A stretch of 64,000 bases of DNA, from NCBI GenBank assembly GCA_963705105.1, contig CAVPIW010000005.1, positions 480,001 to 544,000 of the forward strand, in the 5' to 3' direction. Made by a program: the position numbers and the translations under genes. The notes under the pieces are model-generated. The model had not been told where the DNA came from. It saw nothing but the letters and a program-made list of their open reading frames with translations, and made no database searches. Origin of the DNA: an uncultured Nitrospiraceae bacterium. GTDB lineage: Bacteria; Nitrospirota; Thermodesulfovibrionia; Thermodesulfovibrionales; Dissulfurispiraceae. Below, in pieces: positions 1 through 10,380 of the stretch (position 1 is the stretch's first letter; every line of letters begins with the position of its first letter).

Positions 1-4
1 AACC

Positions 5-100
5 GTCATTCCTGCTTGTCCGGAATCTTTCTTTGTTCGGAAGGATTCCCAACGCCCCCGCATTATTTAATAATAATAAGTGCGGGGTTGCGGCAATGAC
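5..100. repeat. REP-like imperfect inverted repeat (GTCATTCC...GGCAATGAC type)
   Basis: gtcattcctgc...ggaatc at 5-27 and gattccc...gcggcaatgac at ~44-100, with an inner cccgcattatt/aataataagtgcgggg hairpin. Confidence 0.45.
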
Positions 101-197
101 GACCTGTCATGTTCTGCTCATGACGTGCCTAATACCTTTTACATACCACGAATCAAGCCGGCTGTCAACAGGAATTCCTGCGGGAGTATAATTTCAT

Positions 198-2573
198 ATG
201 CACTTCAGACTCCTTCTTGCCATCGGCCTCTGCTCGGCAGCGAGCCTCGCCTTCGAGGTGAACCTCATGAGGGTCTTTTCCGTTACCCTCTGGTATCACT
301 TCGCCTACATGATCATCAGTATCGCCATGCTCGGCATCGGGGCAAGCGGCACCGTGCTGTCTCTCTTTCCTGGAGTGAAGGACCTCGGCAGGCTTGGCTT
401 GTACAGCCTGCTCTTCGGCCTGTCTGTGGCGCTCAGCTACGTCGTCTCCAACCTGATCCCCTTTGACCCCGTCGCCCTTGCCTGGTCGAAGACGCAGATC
501 CTCTCCATCGGCTTGTACTATATCGTTCTGTCCTTTCCTTTCTTTTTCTTCGGTCTCATGATCGCGACGGCTCTCTCGTCACTGAGCGCCAAATCGGGCC
601 TCATCTACGGCGCCGACCTGACCGGCGCCGGTCTCGGCTCCGTGGTGATCCTTGTGCTGCTCAACGTGCTTGCACCTGAGCGGGCGGTGTTCCTGCTCTC
701 GCTTGCCGGCTTTCTGGCAGCCATCATTGTCTCGTCGAAGGGCACAAGAATTGCGGCTTCAATCTGCGCCTGTGCGGCGGTATTCATCCTCTTCACCGGC
801 CCGGACTTCATCGCCCCCCGGATTTCTCCGTACAAGGGGCTCCAGGCCGCCCTGCGATTCCCCGGCGCCGAGCACCTGAAGACATACCACAGTCCCTTCT
901 CGCGTGTCGATATATTCAGGAGTCCCTCTGTCCGCTTTGCTCCGGGGCTGAGCCTCCGGCATCTCGACGAACTGCCCGGGCAAACCGGCCTTGCCGTTGA
1001 CGGGGGTGACGTGAACGCCGTCACAGATGCACGGGGCGGAACGTCCCTGGCGTTCCTCAGGCGCCTGCCGTCAGCCCTCCCCTACGAGCTCGGCAAGGGG
1101 GACGATGTGCTCGTCATCGACCCGAAAGGGGGCCTCCAGGCCCTGGTGGCCGTTCTTTACGGGTGCCGGCGCATAGACAAAGTCGAGACGGACCCCCTCA
1201 TCGTCGGCATCATTCAGGGTGACCTCAGCGAATACTCCGGTGACATCTACGGAGACCGCACGTGGTCAGGTCTCGGGAGGTCCTGGCTGCGCGGAAGGAG
1301 CGACACCTTCGATATTGTCGATATATCACTCATGGGTGCGAACCCCGGCGGCACCTTCGGCATCGCCGAGGATTACCGGTTCACCGTCGAGGCCTTCAGG
1401 GAGTATCTCCTTCACCTGAAGAGGGACGGCATACTGGGCATCAGCCTCTATCTCATCCCTCCCCCGCGGATTGAACTGAGACTCGTCAGCTCCCTGATCG
1501 AGTCCATGGAGGGGCTCGGCATCGGGGACCCCTCCCGGCACATCGCCGTCATCAGGAGCTGGGGGACCATCAGCATCCTCGCCAAGCGGACACCTTTCAG
1601 CGATGAGGATATCTCAAGGATACGCCGATTCTGCGCGGACCGTCGCTTCGACATCGTTCACTATCATGGCATCGGGGAGGAGGAAACGAACAGGTACGTG
1701 CGGTCGGCGGGAAACGAATACTACCGCGTGTTCAGGGACCTTCTCGGCGCGGGGACGAGGTCAGTCTTCACGGAGCAGTATCTGTTCGACATCAGCCCGG
1801 TCCATGATGACAGGCCCTTTTTTCACCACTATCTGAGGATCAAAAACATGGGCAGGATATACGCCCTGATGGGTGAAAAGTGGAATTACTTCATAGAGGA
1901 GGGATACATCCTGCCGGCCCTTTTCCTGCAGGTGCTCGTCATCAGTATCGTGATCATCCTTCTGCCGCTGCTCCGCAGAAAAGCGACGCCGGCAACTCCC
2001 CGCCCCGGATCGTGGTTCCTGCTGTACTTCGCCTTTCTCGGCACGGGGTTCATGTTCGTTGAGATCCCCCTCATCCAGAAGACGATCCTCCCTCTCGACT
2101 ACCCGCCCTATGCCGTTGCGGTCGTGCTTTCGGCGGTGCTCATCGGATCTGGCGCCGGGAGCGTCATGAGCCACCGTGTGCCGGCCCTCGGCAGGCCGTC
2201 CTCCGTTATCGTGACCGCGATTCTCGCTGCCGCCTATGGTGTCCTGTTGCCGCACATCACCGATGCAACAGGGTCAATTTCTCTGTCCGTGAAAATACCC
2301 CTGACCTTTATCATGTTCCTGCCGCTCGGTTTTTTTATGGGCATTCCTTTCCCCCTCGGGATAAAAATTCTCGGCGCCGCCCGGGAGCAGGACCTTCCCT
2401 GGGCCTGGGCGATCAATGGCTGCGTCTCAGTCCTCGCCCCGCTGCTGACGATCATGCTCGCCATGGCGGCCGGGTTCACTCTCGTCCTGTGGGCAGGCGC
2501 TGTATGCTATCTCTGCGCCTTCTGCCTGCTGCTGCTTTTCCGGAGAAAGTCATACGCTGAAATCAGTCGATAG
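198..2573 (+). CDS. Integral membrane spermidine-synthase-like SAM-dependent transferase
   Basis: 791 aa; N- and C-terminal TM bundles flank a SAM-fold region (VLVIDPKGG, KVETDP, FDIVDIS, DYRFTVEAF, VHDDRPFF). Confidence 0.8.
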   Translation: MHFRLLLAIGLCSAASLAFEVNLMRVFSVTLWYHFAYMIISIAMLGIGASGTVLSLFPGVKDLGRLGLYSLLFGLSVALSYVVSNLIPFDPVALAWSKTQILSIGLYYIVLSFPFFFFGLMIATALSSLSAKSGLIYGADLTGAGLGSVVILVLLNVLAPERAVFLLSLAGFLAAIIVSSKGTRIAASICACAAVFILFTGPDFIAPRISPYKGLQAALRFPGAEHLKTYHSPFSRVDIFRSPSVRFAPGLSLRHLDELPGQTGLAVDGGDVNAVTDARGGTSLAFLRRLPSALPYELGKGDDVLVIDPKGGLQALVAVLYGCRRIDKVETDPLIVGIIQGDLSEYSGDIYGDRTWSGLGRSWLRGRSDTFDIVDISLMGANPGGTFGIAEDYRFTVEAFREYLLHLKRDGILGISLYLIPPPRIELRLVSSLIESMEGLGIGDPSRHIAVIRSWGTISILAKRTPFSDEDISRIRRFCADRRFDIVHYHGIGEEETNRYVRSAGNEYYRVFRDLLGAGTRSVFTEQYLFDISPVHDDRPFFHHYLRIKNMGRIYALMGEKWNYFIEEGYILPALFLQVLVISIVIILLPLLRRKATPATPRPGSWFLLYFAFLGTGFMFVEIPLIQKTILPLDYPPYAVAVVLSAVLIGSGAGSVMSHRVPALGRPSSVIVTAILAAAYGVLLPHITDATGSISLSVKIPLTFIMFLPLGFFMGIPFPLGIKILGAAREQDLPWAWAINGCVSVLAPLLTIMLAMAAGFTLVLWAGAVCYLCAFCLLLLFRRKSYAEISR

Positions 2574-2652
2574 TCAGCAGTCGACAGTCTGAGCCGGACG
2601 CCGAAGAGGCCGACGGGGAGGCGAGGATGAAATCTTCACAACCAAGAATAAA

Positions 2653-2860
2653 CCTTATCGTTGCATACGCTTTCCGGAAAGGCGGGGCGAAGCGCCTCAA
2701 AGCCTTGCTGAAGGCGACGATACGCATTGTCATCTTCGTGTTTCAGGATTCCACTCTTTGTGTCATCGACCATTGGCTTATAGTTCGTCTTTCCTTTTGA
2801 TACAGGTGTCGCCGCAGCAAGGTTTTCGGCGCATACGCCCCGCCTTTCGGTGCATTTGCC
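2653..2860 (-). repeat. Dispersed ~200-bp inverted-repeat (MITE-like) element, copy A
   Basis: ccttatcgttgca...aaaggcggggcgaagcgcctcaaagccttgctgaaggcga...tcgccgcagcaaggttttcggcgcatacgccccgcctttc; matches copies at 22.9, 31.4 and 61.6 kb. Confidence 0.85.
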
Positions 2861-2954
2861 AAAATGGTCCTCATCATCGCATTGGAAAGGCCTTGAACCA
2901 TATCTGCCTTCCCGGAGGAGTAGCACATAACCGGTGAGAATTGACACTGAGAAA

Positions 2955-3740
2955 TCAACGTTTCTGGGCCTCGCCGATCATCGGCACGAAGGCCACCGGA
3001 GCGATCTGTTCCAGTTCGATCTCTCCCTTTTTCTTGATCCCCAGCGTCAGCATCTGGTAGAAAACGGTGCTGCCGAGGGGAATGATCAGCCTGCCGCCTT
3101 CTTTCAACTGTTTGATGAGCGGCGGCGGGATATGGTTTGCCGCGGCCGTTATGATGATCGCATCAAAGGGGGAGTTTTCAGGCCACCCCTCGTAGCCGTC
3201 GCCGTGCCGCACCCTGACATTCCTGTACCCGAGGTCTCTCAGTCTCTTGTCCGCAACCGCTGCGAGGGACTTCCGTATCTCGATCGTGCTGACGTCCTGC
3301 ACGATTTCCGCCAGCACGGCGGCCTGATATCCCGAGCCCGTCCCGATTTCGAGCACCCTGTCGGAAGGCTTCAACTTCAGGGTCTCCGTCATGAGGGCGA
3401 CGATGTAAGGCTGGGAGATGGTCTGTCCCTCCCCGATCGGCAGGGGATGATCGGCATAGGCTTTATCCCTCACATCCTCGCCGACGAAGAGGTGCCTGGG
3501 CACCTTCCTCATCGTGTCGAGCACACGAACGTCCCTAATACCCCTTCCCTTGATGTCCCGCTCGACCATGGACAGCCGCTTCGGGAGGTAAAGGTCCTGT
3601 GCAACCGCCTGGACTGCAAAAAGGACGAGCAGGATCGCCGCGAAAAGAGAGATCACGTGTCCCCGGCAGTTGCTCCGATGTCCTGTCCCGCGAGTCATGA
3701 GAACCTCCGCTGCTCTTTTCCTCATTATACACCGACACAC
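2955..3740 (-). CDS. pcm: Protein-L-isoaspartate(D-aspartate) O-methyltransferase (true start probably downstream)
   Basis: [46 protein letters not shown] motifs. Confidence 0.93.
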   Translation of the reverse strand: MCRCIMRKRAAEVLMTRGTGHRSNCRGHVISLFAAILLVLFAVQAVAQDLYLPKRLSMVERDIKGRGIRDVRVLDTMRKVPRHLFVGEDVRDKAYADHPLPIGEGQTISQPYIVALMTETLKLKPSDRVLEIGTGSGYQAAVLAEIVQDVSTIEIRKSLAAVADKRLRDLGYRNVRVRHGDGYEGWPENSPFDAIIITAAANHIPPPLIKQLKEGGRLIIPLGSTVFYQMLTLGIKKKGEIELEQIAPVAFVPMIGEAQKR

Positions 3741-3848
3741 GCACGGGTTCTGAGACAGTTCCCGATCTGTCTCGTAAAAACAGCACCCTCACGCAAAGTC
3801 GCAAAGCGGGAAAGGATGAAATGAACCTGAAATGATCAATGTCTTTAT

Positions 3849-3892
3849 CAGCAAGGCCTTGAGGCGTTTCGCCCCGCCTTTTCATGCAACTA
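3849..3892 (+). repeat. Partial arm of the MITE-like family, copy B
   Basis: cagcaaggccttgaggcgtttcgccccgccttttcatgcaacta. Confidence 0.75.
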
Positions 3893-4062
3893 TTGGGTCT
3901 ATTAGCGTTCTTCGTTGTGATTATTTTCAGTCGTTCTCAGTGATCTCTGTGTCCTCTGTGGCTGAATGGCCGTCTTAATCAAGTGTGCGTATTCGACGAT
4001 AATAATTGTGTATTTTCATGCAGGTTCACTCTCGTCTAAAAATGGTACAGGGAGAAAGAGAT

Positions 4063-5184
4063 ATGGGCACAGATAACGCTGTTTTTCTTGAAGTCATTGA
4101 GTGGTTCGACAAAACCGGCAAGGAGATGGTTCACCGCATACCGGAAAAGGGGTCCGGCGAAATCAAGTACGGCGCCCAACTCATCGTTCGCGAGAGCCAG
4201 GCCGCCGTCTTTTTCTATAACGGGAAGGCCTTTGACGCCTTCGGTGCGGGCAGGTTCACACTCAAGACGAACAACCTGCCCATCCTTACGAAGGTCATCA
4301 GCTTTCCCTGGGGGTTCACAAGTCCCCTCAGGGCCGAGGTCTACTTCATCAACATGAAGGTCTTCCCAAACCTGACCTGGGGCACCCGGGACCCCGTCGC
4401 CTTCAAGGACTCCGAACTGGGGCTCATCCGTCTCAGGGCCTTCGGCGTCTTCAACGTGCGGGTGACACAGCCGGTGTTGTTCGTCAATTCCCTCGTCGGC
4501 ACCCAGGGCATATACACGACGGAGGAGATCGGCGAGTACCTGAACAAGGTCATCGTCTCCCGTCTTAATGATTACCTGGGAGAAAACTTCGATTCGCTCC
4601 TCAGCCTGCCGGGACGGTACGAGTCCTTCGCGGAGGGATTACAGAAAAGGCTTCAGGACGACTTCAGCCATTTCGGCATCACGCTGACACAGCTCTTCAT
4701 CAATTCCATCACGCCGCCTGCGGAGGTCCAGAAGGCAATCGACGACAAGAGCAGGCTTGGTCTCTTCGACGACCTCGGCGGCCTCATGAAGATGAAGGCT
4801 GCCATGGCCTTCGAAAAGGCGGCGGAGCCGCAGGGAGAGGCGGGCGCCGGCATGGGCCTGGGCCTCGGTTTCATGGCGCCGGCCATGTTCTCGTCCTTCA
4901 CGGGGGAAACAGGCGCGGCGTCTCTGCGCGGGAAATACCGCTGCACCGATTGTGATCACCCGGTCCCGAAGGAGGCGCGGTTCTGCCCCCACTGCGGACA
5001 CCAGCTCCTGATCATCGACCAATGCTCATCATGCGGGAAAAACCTGCCGCCAGGCTCTAAATTCTGCCCCCGGTGCGGACGAAAGACCGATGAGCCGCAG
5101 CAGCCGAGGAAATGCGGTCAATGCGGATCGGAGAACCTTCCCGGCTCCGTTTTCTGCAACCAGTGCGGTGAAAAGCTCGCCTGA
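4063..5184 (+). CDS. SPFH (Band 7_1) domain protein with C-terminal double zinc ribbons
   Basis: [35 protein letters not shown]; six CxxC pairs at the C-terminus. Confidence 0.88.
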   Translation: MGTDNAVFLEVIEWFDKTGKEMVHRIPEKGSGEIKYGAQLIVRESQAAVFFYNGKAFDAFGAGRFTLKTNNLPILTKVISFPWGFTSPLRAEVYFINMKVFPNLTWGTRDPVAFKDSELGLIRLRAFGVFNVRVTQPVLFVNSLVGTQGIYTTEEIGEYLNKVIVSRLNDYLGENFDSLLSLPGRYESFAEGLQKRLQDDFSHFGITLTQLFINSITPPAEVQKAIDDKSRLGLFDDLGGLMKMKAAMAFEKAAEPQGEAGAGMGLGLGFMAPAMFSSFTGETGAASLRGKYRCTDCDHPVPKEARFCPHCGHQLLIIDQCSSCGKNLPPGSKFCPRCGRKTDEPQQPRKCGQCGSENLPGSVFCNQCGEKLA

Positions 5185-6445
5185 CGGGCAGTGGACCATC
5201 GAGCACCGCTGTCCTCAGTGCGGGGCTCCCGTGACGATGGAAGAATCGGACAAGGTGCTCTCCTGCGCCTTTTGCAGGGTCAGGCTTTTCGTCACGACAG
5301 GGGAATTTTTCCGCTACGTTCTCCCGGCGCCGGACCTCGCCCCGCAGGAGACCATCCTGGTTCCCTACTGGCGCTTCAGGGGCATGATGTTCACCCGTGA
5401 CGACACGGGCCTGCGCGACCAGGTGCTCGACTCGACAGCCCTGGGGACGCGAACCATGCCTTTGCCGCGCTCCCTCGGGATCAGGCCGCAGGCATTGCCG
5501 CTGCGATTCCTTCCTCCTGACTGGCTGGGAGGCATGCTGAGCGCCGACATCCCGTTGCAGGAGGCGCTCAAGAATGTGTACAAGAGTTTTCCGGAGGCGC
5601 GAATTCCCCTTGAGGGTGACCAGCCGGCGGGGACGGAACATGAGCGACTCGTTGCCATGATCGGCGAATCGGTCAGCATGATTTACTCGCCTGTGTATAT
5701 CTCGAAGGGCAACCTCTGTGACGCCGTCCTGAAGGAACCCGTTGCCCCGGCTCCTGCGGGGATACTCGACAATGTCCTGCCTCATGGGGACGGAGAGAAA
5801 TGGAAAACAAGCTTTCTGCCTGCACTCTGCCCTGACTGCGGCTGGGACCTCAACGGGGACAGGAGGAGCCTCGTCCAGGTCTGTATGAAGTGCTCCGGCG
5901 CCTGGAGCGCCGCCGGCGGAGGATACCGGCGCATCGGCTACGGTACTGTTCTTCGGAGTGATGAAGAGGCGATCCTCGTCCCCTTCTGGAGCATCAGTGC
6001 CGATCTCACGGGAATCGAGCTGAAAACTTACGACGACCTGATGCGGTTGATGAACCTGCCCCGACAGCACGGGAGAGAAAGGGAGGACGACACACTTTCC
6101 TTCTGGATCCCGGCTTTCAAACTCAGGCCGGGCCTTTTCCTGAGGCTGGCGCGCCAGATGACGCTCCTTCAGGTCGCTGAGGACGGCAGGGAGGTACTGG
6201 AGGAGAAAAGGGTTCATGCCGTGACCCTCCCCGTCGAAGAGGCGATCGAATCCATTCGCATTCTCCTTGCCTCCCTGTCCCACCGCAGGGGATGGCTTTC
6301 CCGCTGCCTGAACGACGTATCCATCAAAATTAGAGCATACTCGCTGCTCTATGTCCCCTTCAGCCCGAAGGGCGCCGAGCTGGTGCAACCCGCCCTGCGG
6401 ATAGGGATGCCGCTGAAAGCCCTCGATCACGGCCTCAACATCTGA
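5090..6445 (+). CDS. Zinc-ribbon hypothetical protein, duplicated CxxC..CxxC..PYW/PFW architecture (start probably GTG near 5168)
   Basis: CPQCG..CAFC..VPYW and CPDCG..CMKC..VPFW; overlaps the end of the SPFH gene. Confidence 0.7.
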   Translation: MSRSSRGNAVNADRRTFPAPFSATSAVKSSPDGQWTIEHRCPQCGAPVTMEESDKVLSCAFCRVRLFVTTGEFFRYVLPAPDLAPQETILVPYWRFRGMMFTRDDTGLRDQVLDSTALGTRTMPLPRSLGIRPQALPLRFLPPDWLGGMLSADIPLQEALKNVYKSFPEARIPLEGDQPAGTEHERLVAMIGESVSMIYSPVYISKGNLCDAVLKEPVAPAPAGILDNVLPHGDGEKWKTSFLPALCPDCGWDLNGDRRSLVQVCMKCSGAWSAAGGGYRRIGYGTVLRSDEEAILVPFWSISADLTGIELKTYDDLMRLMNLPRQHGREREDDTLSFWIPAFKLRPGLFLRLARQMTLLQVAEDGREVLEEKRVHAVTLPVEEAIESIRILLASLSHRRGWLSRCLNDVSIKIRAYSLLYVPFSPKGAELVQPALRIGMPLKALDHGLNI

Positions 6446-6708
6446 CATCACGGGAAGCGCACCCCACGCAAAGCCGCAAAGCTCGCAAAGAAAACCACGA
6501 ATGATTTGCAAATTGCTGTTTCTCGATTCCTGTGCGATTTAGCCGGGATTTTCTTAGTCCCTCTCTGCGACCTCTGTGTCCTCTGTGGCAGAAAAGTCGT
6601 TTTGCCGTTCTTTACAGGGAAAACCAGTCTTTCGCAGCGCTCAGGTCTTTTTACTTTTGCCGGAAGAATATGTTAGAGTTGAAAAATTTTACCTCATAAG
6701 GAGATTGC

Positions 6709-7665
6709 ATGAAACGGCTGGTTCTACTGGGATTCATCGTGGTCATGATGATCGCGTGCTCAAAAACGGGCGACCAAAAAACAGGGACTTATGTTGCAAA
6801 AATAGACAATAAGACGATCACCGCCGAGGACGTCAAGACTGAGATGTCGAACCTCCCCGACGTGGCGAAGGATTTTTTCAAGGGTCCCGAGGGGACGTCG
6901 CGGTTTGTCAATGAGCTCGTCAATAAGGAGCTTCTGTACCTGGAGGCGAAGAAGAAGGGGTTCGACAAGGACAAGAATTTCGAGCGGAAAATGGAGGAGT
7001 TCAAAAAGATCCAGCTCATCAGCCAGTTGCTCGAAAAGGAGATCGGCGCCTCCCTCAAGGTGACCGAGCAGGATGTGCGGGAATACTACGACAAGCACAA
7101 AGACGAGTTCGTCCTGGGAAACCAGGTGCGCATCAGCCACATTCTCGTGAAGACGGAAGACGAAGCGAAGAAAGTCTTCGACCGGCTGAGACAGGGTGAA
7201 GACTTCGCAAAGGTTGCTGCGGCGACCTCGATGGACAAGGTATCCGCCAAGGCAGGCGGTGATATGGGTGTGTTCAAGCGCGGTGAACTGAACCGTGAGC
7301 TCGAAGAGGTCGCCTTCCGGCTGAGAAAGGGCGAGGTGAGCAGGCCCATCCCCCTGAAGGACGGCATCCACATCATCAAGGTGACCGATGTGAAGGGCAC
7401 CGCCATGGAATTCGACAAGGTCAAGAACATGATCAACCAGCGCCTCACGGCGGAAAAGCAGAAACAGACCTTCGAGAAATACCTGGAGGGGCTCAAGAAG
7501 ACCTATAAGATCGACATCAACAAGGAAGCCGTCGCAAAGATGAGCGCCGAACCCCTGAAGCCGGAAGCGGCGAAACCGGAAATGCCGAAACCGGAACCGC
7601 AGAAGCCGGCGGCCCCGAAACCTGAGCCGGCAAAGCCTGAACCGCCGAAACCACAGCCGAAATAA
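6709..7665 (+). CDS. Parvulin-type peptidyl-prolyl isomerase lipoprotein (PrsA-like) with Pro/Lys-rich tail
   Basis: Lipobox MIAC; SHILVKTE, GEDFAKVA, GGDMG, GEVSRPI, GIHIIKV; KPE repeats at the C-terminus. Confidence 0.9.
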   Translation: MKRLVLLGFIVVMMIACSKTGDQKTGTYVAKIDNKTITAEDVKTEMSNLPDVAKDFFKGPEGTSRFVNELVNKELLYLEAKKKGFDKDKNFERKMEEFKKIQLISQLLEKEIGASLKVTEQDVREYYDKHKDEFVLGNQVRISHILVKTEDEAKKVFDRLRQGEDFAKVAAATSMDKVSAKAGGDMGVFKRGELNRELEEVAFRLRKGEVSRPIPLKDGIHIIKVTDVKGTAMEFDKVKNMINQRLTAEKQKQTFEKYLEGLKKTYKIDINKEAVAKMSAEPLKPEAAKPEMPKPEPQKPAAPKPEPAKPEPPKPQPK

Positions 7666-7670
7666 GAGAC

Positions 7671-7697
7671 AAGAGGGGGAGCGTTGCTCCCCCTCTT
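7671..7697 (+). terminator. Probable intrinsic terminator hairpin
   Basis: aagagggggagc-gtt-gctccccctctt, perfect 12-bp stem just after the PPIase stop. Confidence 0.7.
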
Positions 7698-7828
7698 CAT
7701 TTGCTGCCGACCCGATCCCCGATTGCCCCGCTCCTGATCGTTTCATGGGTCAACCTCGCGGTATTTTGGTCTGATACCGGCCTCCCGTGATCGATTTAGT
7801 CGACCATCTCAATTGTATACAAGTTTGC

Positions 7829-7904
7829 TTCAGACGCAAATAAGACGCAATTCAATGCCCAATTGCTGCTTTAATTGTTTCAGACGCAAATAGGACGCAA
7901 TTCA
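7829..7904. repeat. 26-bp direct repeat, two copies
   Basis: ttcagacgcaaata(a/g)gacgcaattca at 7829-7854 and 7879-7904. Confidence 0.8.
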
Positions 7905-9617
7905 TCTTTTCGGGACGAGGTGCCATTGCGCGCCTTTTCCATGACCCTGACATCTGACATCACCTTCTCGTCTGAGTTCCGACATCAATTTGAAGACCTG
8001 ATTTCTCGTTAGATCTCCTATTTGACTGATCTCCTTATTGCTCAGAGGCCGGTCTTTCAAAATGCTCAAAACTCTCACTTTGATCGCCTCGGCATCAAGC
8101 GTTCTGTCCCTGTCATAAGATATGCCATCGACAAGCATTTTATGAGCGGCCATAGTGAGCTCAAAGAAACGCCCACGCCCCTTGCCGATAGACTTAATTG
8201 TCTCCATTCTTTCAAGCTCGGTCATGATCTCGTCCATGACTCTTTCAGGTCGCTGATAGCAAATTTCCTGAGCCTCCTGCAAAGTAATTCTTCTATGTCG
8301 CATGAGATAGTGAATAATAAGCAGGTGATCGGCGCTGAGGTCATACCCCTTATCACTCAAATAGCCGATCATATGACGATAACCTTTAGTGAGTTCACTG
8401 GCCGGCAAAATCATTCTTATCGTATTATGGTCTTCATAATATTCCGGCGGTTCTTTGCCTTCCATTAAGAGATTCCTGAATATCCTTGGAACTCCCATAT
8501 TGGATCTGTTTACAAGCCGTGTCTTTTGAAGGACTTCTACGAGTCTCTTATTGCGGGCAACCGGATCGTGATGAAGAATGTTCCTGGCCGTAACACCCCC
8601 GATAAACTTGCCGGGATTGCTGATTTCCAGTCTGTCCCTGTACTGCTTGACCAAGATAGGACCGGGTCTTGAAAAATCCCGATGAGAAAAGGCATTCATC
8701 AGCGCCTCTCTTAAAGCTTCCACGGGGAATACCGGATATTCATAATGAAAGAGACCGTCTTTAACGGTCTGCACCGTATTGCCTATATTGATCAGCTCCA
8801 TCAATCTGGAGACGGCGATCAGAATGCTGTTATGTCCGTCCTCGGGCAGGATCAACTCCGTATCGGACTTCATGCGCCTGAAAGACCATTCATAATGAGG
8901 AATGTGCTCATGTATGGACTCCTTTGATCCTACAAGAAGCAATCCCGCATGGCTGAGGTGATTGCCTTCTATACAGTCCAAGTTCTTCAGAAGTTCCTCG
9001 TCATTCAGCCTCAGAATATCCTCGGGCAGATGCTGCTTCTTCAGTTCAGATCGAAGCGTTTCTAATGCAGCAGGACTGATGAGATCGCGCCACATTCCTC
9101 TAACCTTATGTGCCGAGAAATCGAACTTGCCTGAGAGGATTTCTGCCTCCAACCTCATGCTCCCTGTTAATGCCTTGCAGTCCTTCCCTATTCTCTTCAG
9201 TCCCTTTCCGCTTGTGGTAGTGGCATAGGGAAATATAGGCAGAACATGCATCAACAACAGCCTGTTGCCGTGATACTCAAATGATTCAAAGCTTGGCGTC
9301 AAATGCGGGTCGGTACTGTCGTATACTGTCGATTGAAGCTTGAAAATATCCACTTCGGCCGGCACCCCCAAGACTGCGTTTTCGATGCCGACGACCCTAT
9401 CCCTGACGCCGAAAACAACCGAGCCGCCGCCTCCATTCGCCATGCAGACAGACATCTCGACAACTTCATCAATCGAGTCTCTCAGACTCTTGTAGTTCCA
9501 TTCTTTGAAGTCCAAGTGCTGGCCTTCAAGCTCATCTGCCTGCTTTTCGTTTAGCCGCTGCAACAAGGGAATGATTTCTTCTATGGTGAACAGTTTCATT
9601 GAATACCCCTCCAGCAT
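7902..9617 (-). CDS. AlbA_2 (Schlafen-like) + HATPase_c_4 + wHTH protein
   Basis: EGQHLDFKE, MANGGGGSVVFGVRD; ALREALMNAFSHRDF, LEISNPG, RNKRL; C-terminal HTH. Confidence 0.85.
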   Translation of the reverse strand: MLEGYSMKLFTIEEIIPLLQRLNEKQADELEGQHLDFKEWNYKSLRDSIDEVVEMSVCMANGGGGSVVFGVRDRVVGIENAVLGVPAEVDIFKLQSTVYDSTDPHLTPSFESFEYHGNRLLLMHVLPIFPYATTTSGKGLKRIGKDCKALTGSMRLEAEILSGKFDFSAHKVRGMWRDLISPAALETLRSELKKQHLPEDILRLNDEELLKNLDCIEGNHLSHAGLLLVGSKESIHEHIPHYEWSFRRMKSDTELILPEDGHNSILIAVSRLMELINIGNTVQTVKDGLFHYEYPVFPVEALREALMNAFSHRDFSRPGPILVKQYRDRLEISNPGKFIGGVTARNILHHDPVARNKRLVEVLQKTRLVNRSNMGVPRIFRNLLMEGKEPPEYYEDHNTIRMILPASELTKGYRHMIGYLSDKGYDLSADHLLIIHYLMRHRRITLQEAQEICYQRPERVMDEIMTELERMETIKSIGKGRGRFFELTMAAHKMLVDGISYDRDRTLDAEAIKVRVLSILKDRPLSNKEISQIGDLTRNQVFKLMSELRREGDVRCQGHGKGAQWHLVPKR

Positions 9618-9713
9618 TCCTCAACAGCCACAGACTTCCATAATTTATCGGTTATGCAAACTGTAGTATCCTGTCAATGAAGGCACCCCGGCAGCGGCTG
9701 GCCTCGCAGTCGC

Positions 9714-10376
9714 TCATAATCGCCCCGCTTCAAGAAAACTGAAATACCCACTGCGGTTAAAAATAATGTGATCCAAAAGGGCAATCCCCATGATCTCGCC
9801 CGCTGATTTGAGCTGCTTCGTCACCTCAACGTCTGATGCAGAAGGTTCAAGACCGCCGGATGGATGATTGTGCGCGACGATGATCGCTGAAGCGCGGTCC
9901 GACAATGCATCTGCGAAAACTTCTCGTGGATGAACGGGCGTCCGGTCGATCAAGCCTATGGACACGACCCTGATATTCAGAATCTCATTAGCTCCGTTGA
10001 TACTGGCGCACAAGAAGTGTTCCTGTTTTCGATCCGCGAAGTGTCGGACGTGCGGGAGCAGATCCGCTGGCGTCTCGATCTTCGCGCCTTCCGGTTTGAT
10101 CCACCGACGAGCGAACTCTAACGCGGCAAGAATCAACCCTGCTTTAGCGGAACCAACGCCATCAAATTTGATGAGATCTTCGACCTGTACGGTCAACCCC
10201 TTCTCATCGATGACTTTCGCCACTTTGCCTGCCAACGTCATCACATCCGTTCCTGCCGTGCCCTTGCCCAGCAGCACTGCCAAGAGTTCCTGGTCGCTCA
10301 ACGAAGCGGCACCTTTGCGAATCAGTTTTTCACGTGGGCGGTCCTGCTCGGGGATATCGTTAATCCTTTTCGTCAT
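9714..10376 (-). CDS. radC: RadC-family JAB/MPN domain protein
   Basis: RPREKL, ELLAVLLG, VHPREVF, AHNHPSG, PSASD, LLDHII. Confidence 0.93.
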   Translation of the reverse strand: MTKRINDIPEQDRPREKLIRKGAASLSDQELLAVLLGKGTAGTDVMTLAGKVAKVIDEKGLTVQVEDLIKFDGVGSAKAGLILAALEFARRWIKPEGAKIETPADLLPHVRHFADRKQEHFLCASINGANEILNIRVVSIGLIDRTPVHPREVFADALSDRASAIIVAHNHPSGGLEPSASDVEVTKQLKSAGEIMGIALLDHIIFNRSGYFSFLEAGRL

Positions 10377-10380
10377 AGTG

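Noticed and set aside
2636..2947. Short ORFs over repeat copies (also 22830-23132, 31328-31636, 61606-61884)
   Set aside because: They are translations of the non-coding inverted-repeat family; the frame is not conserved between copies
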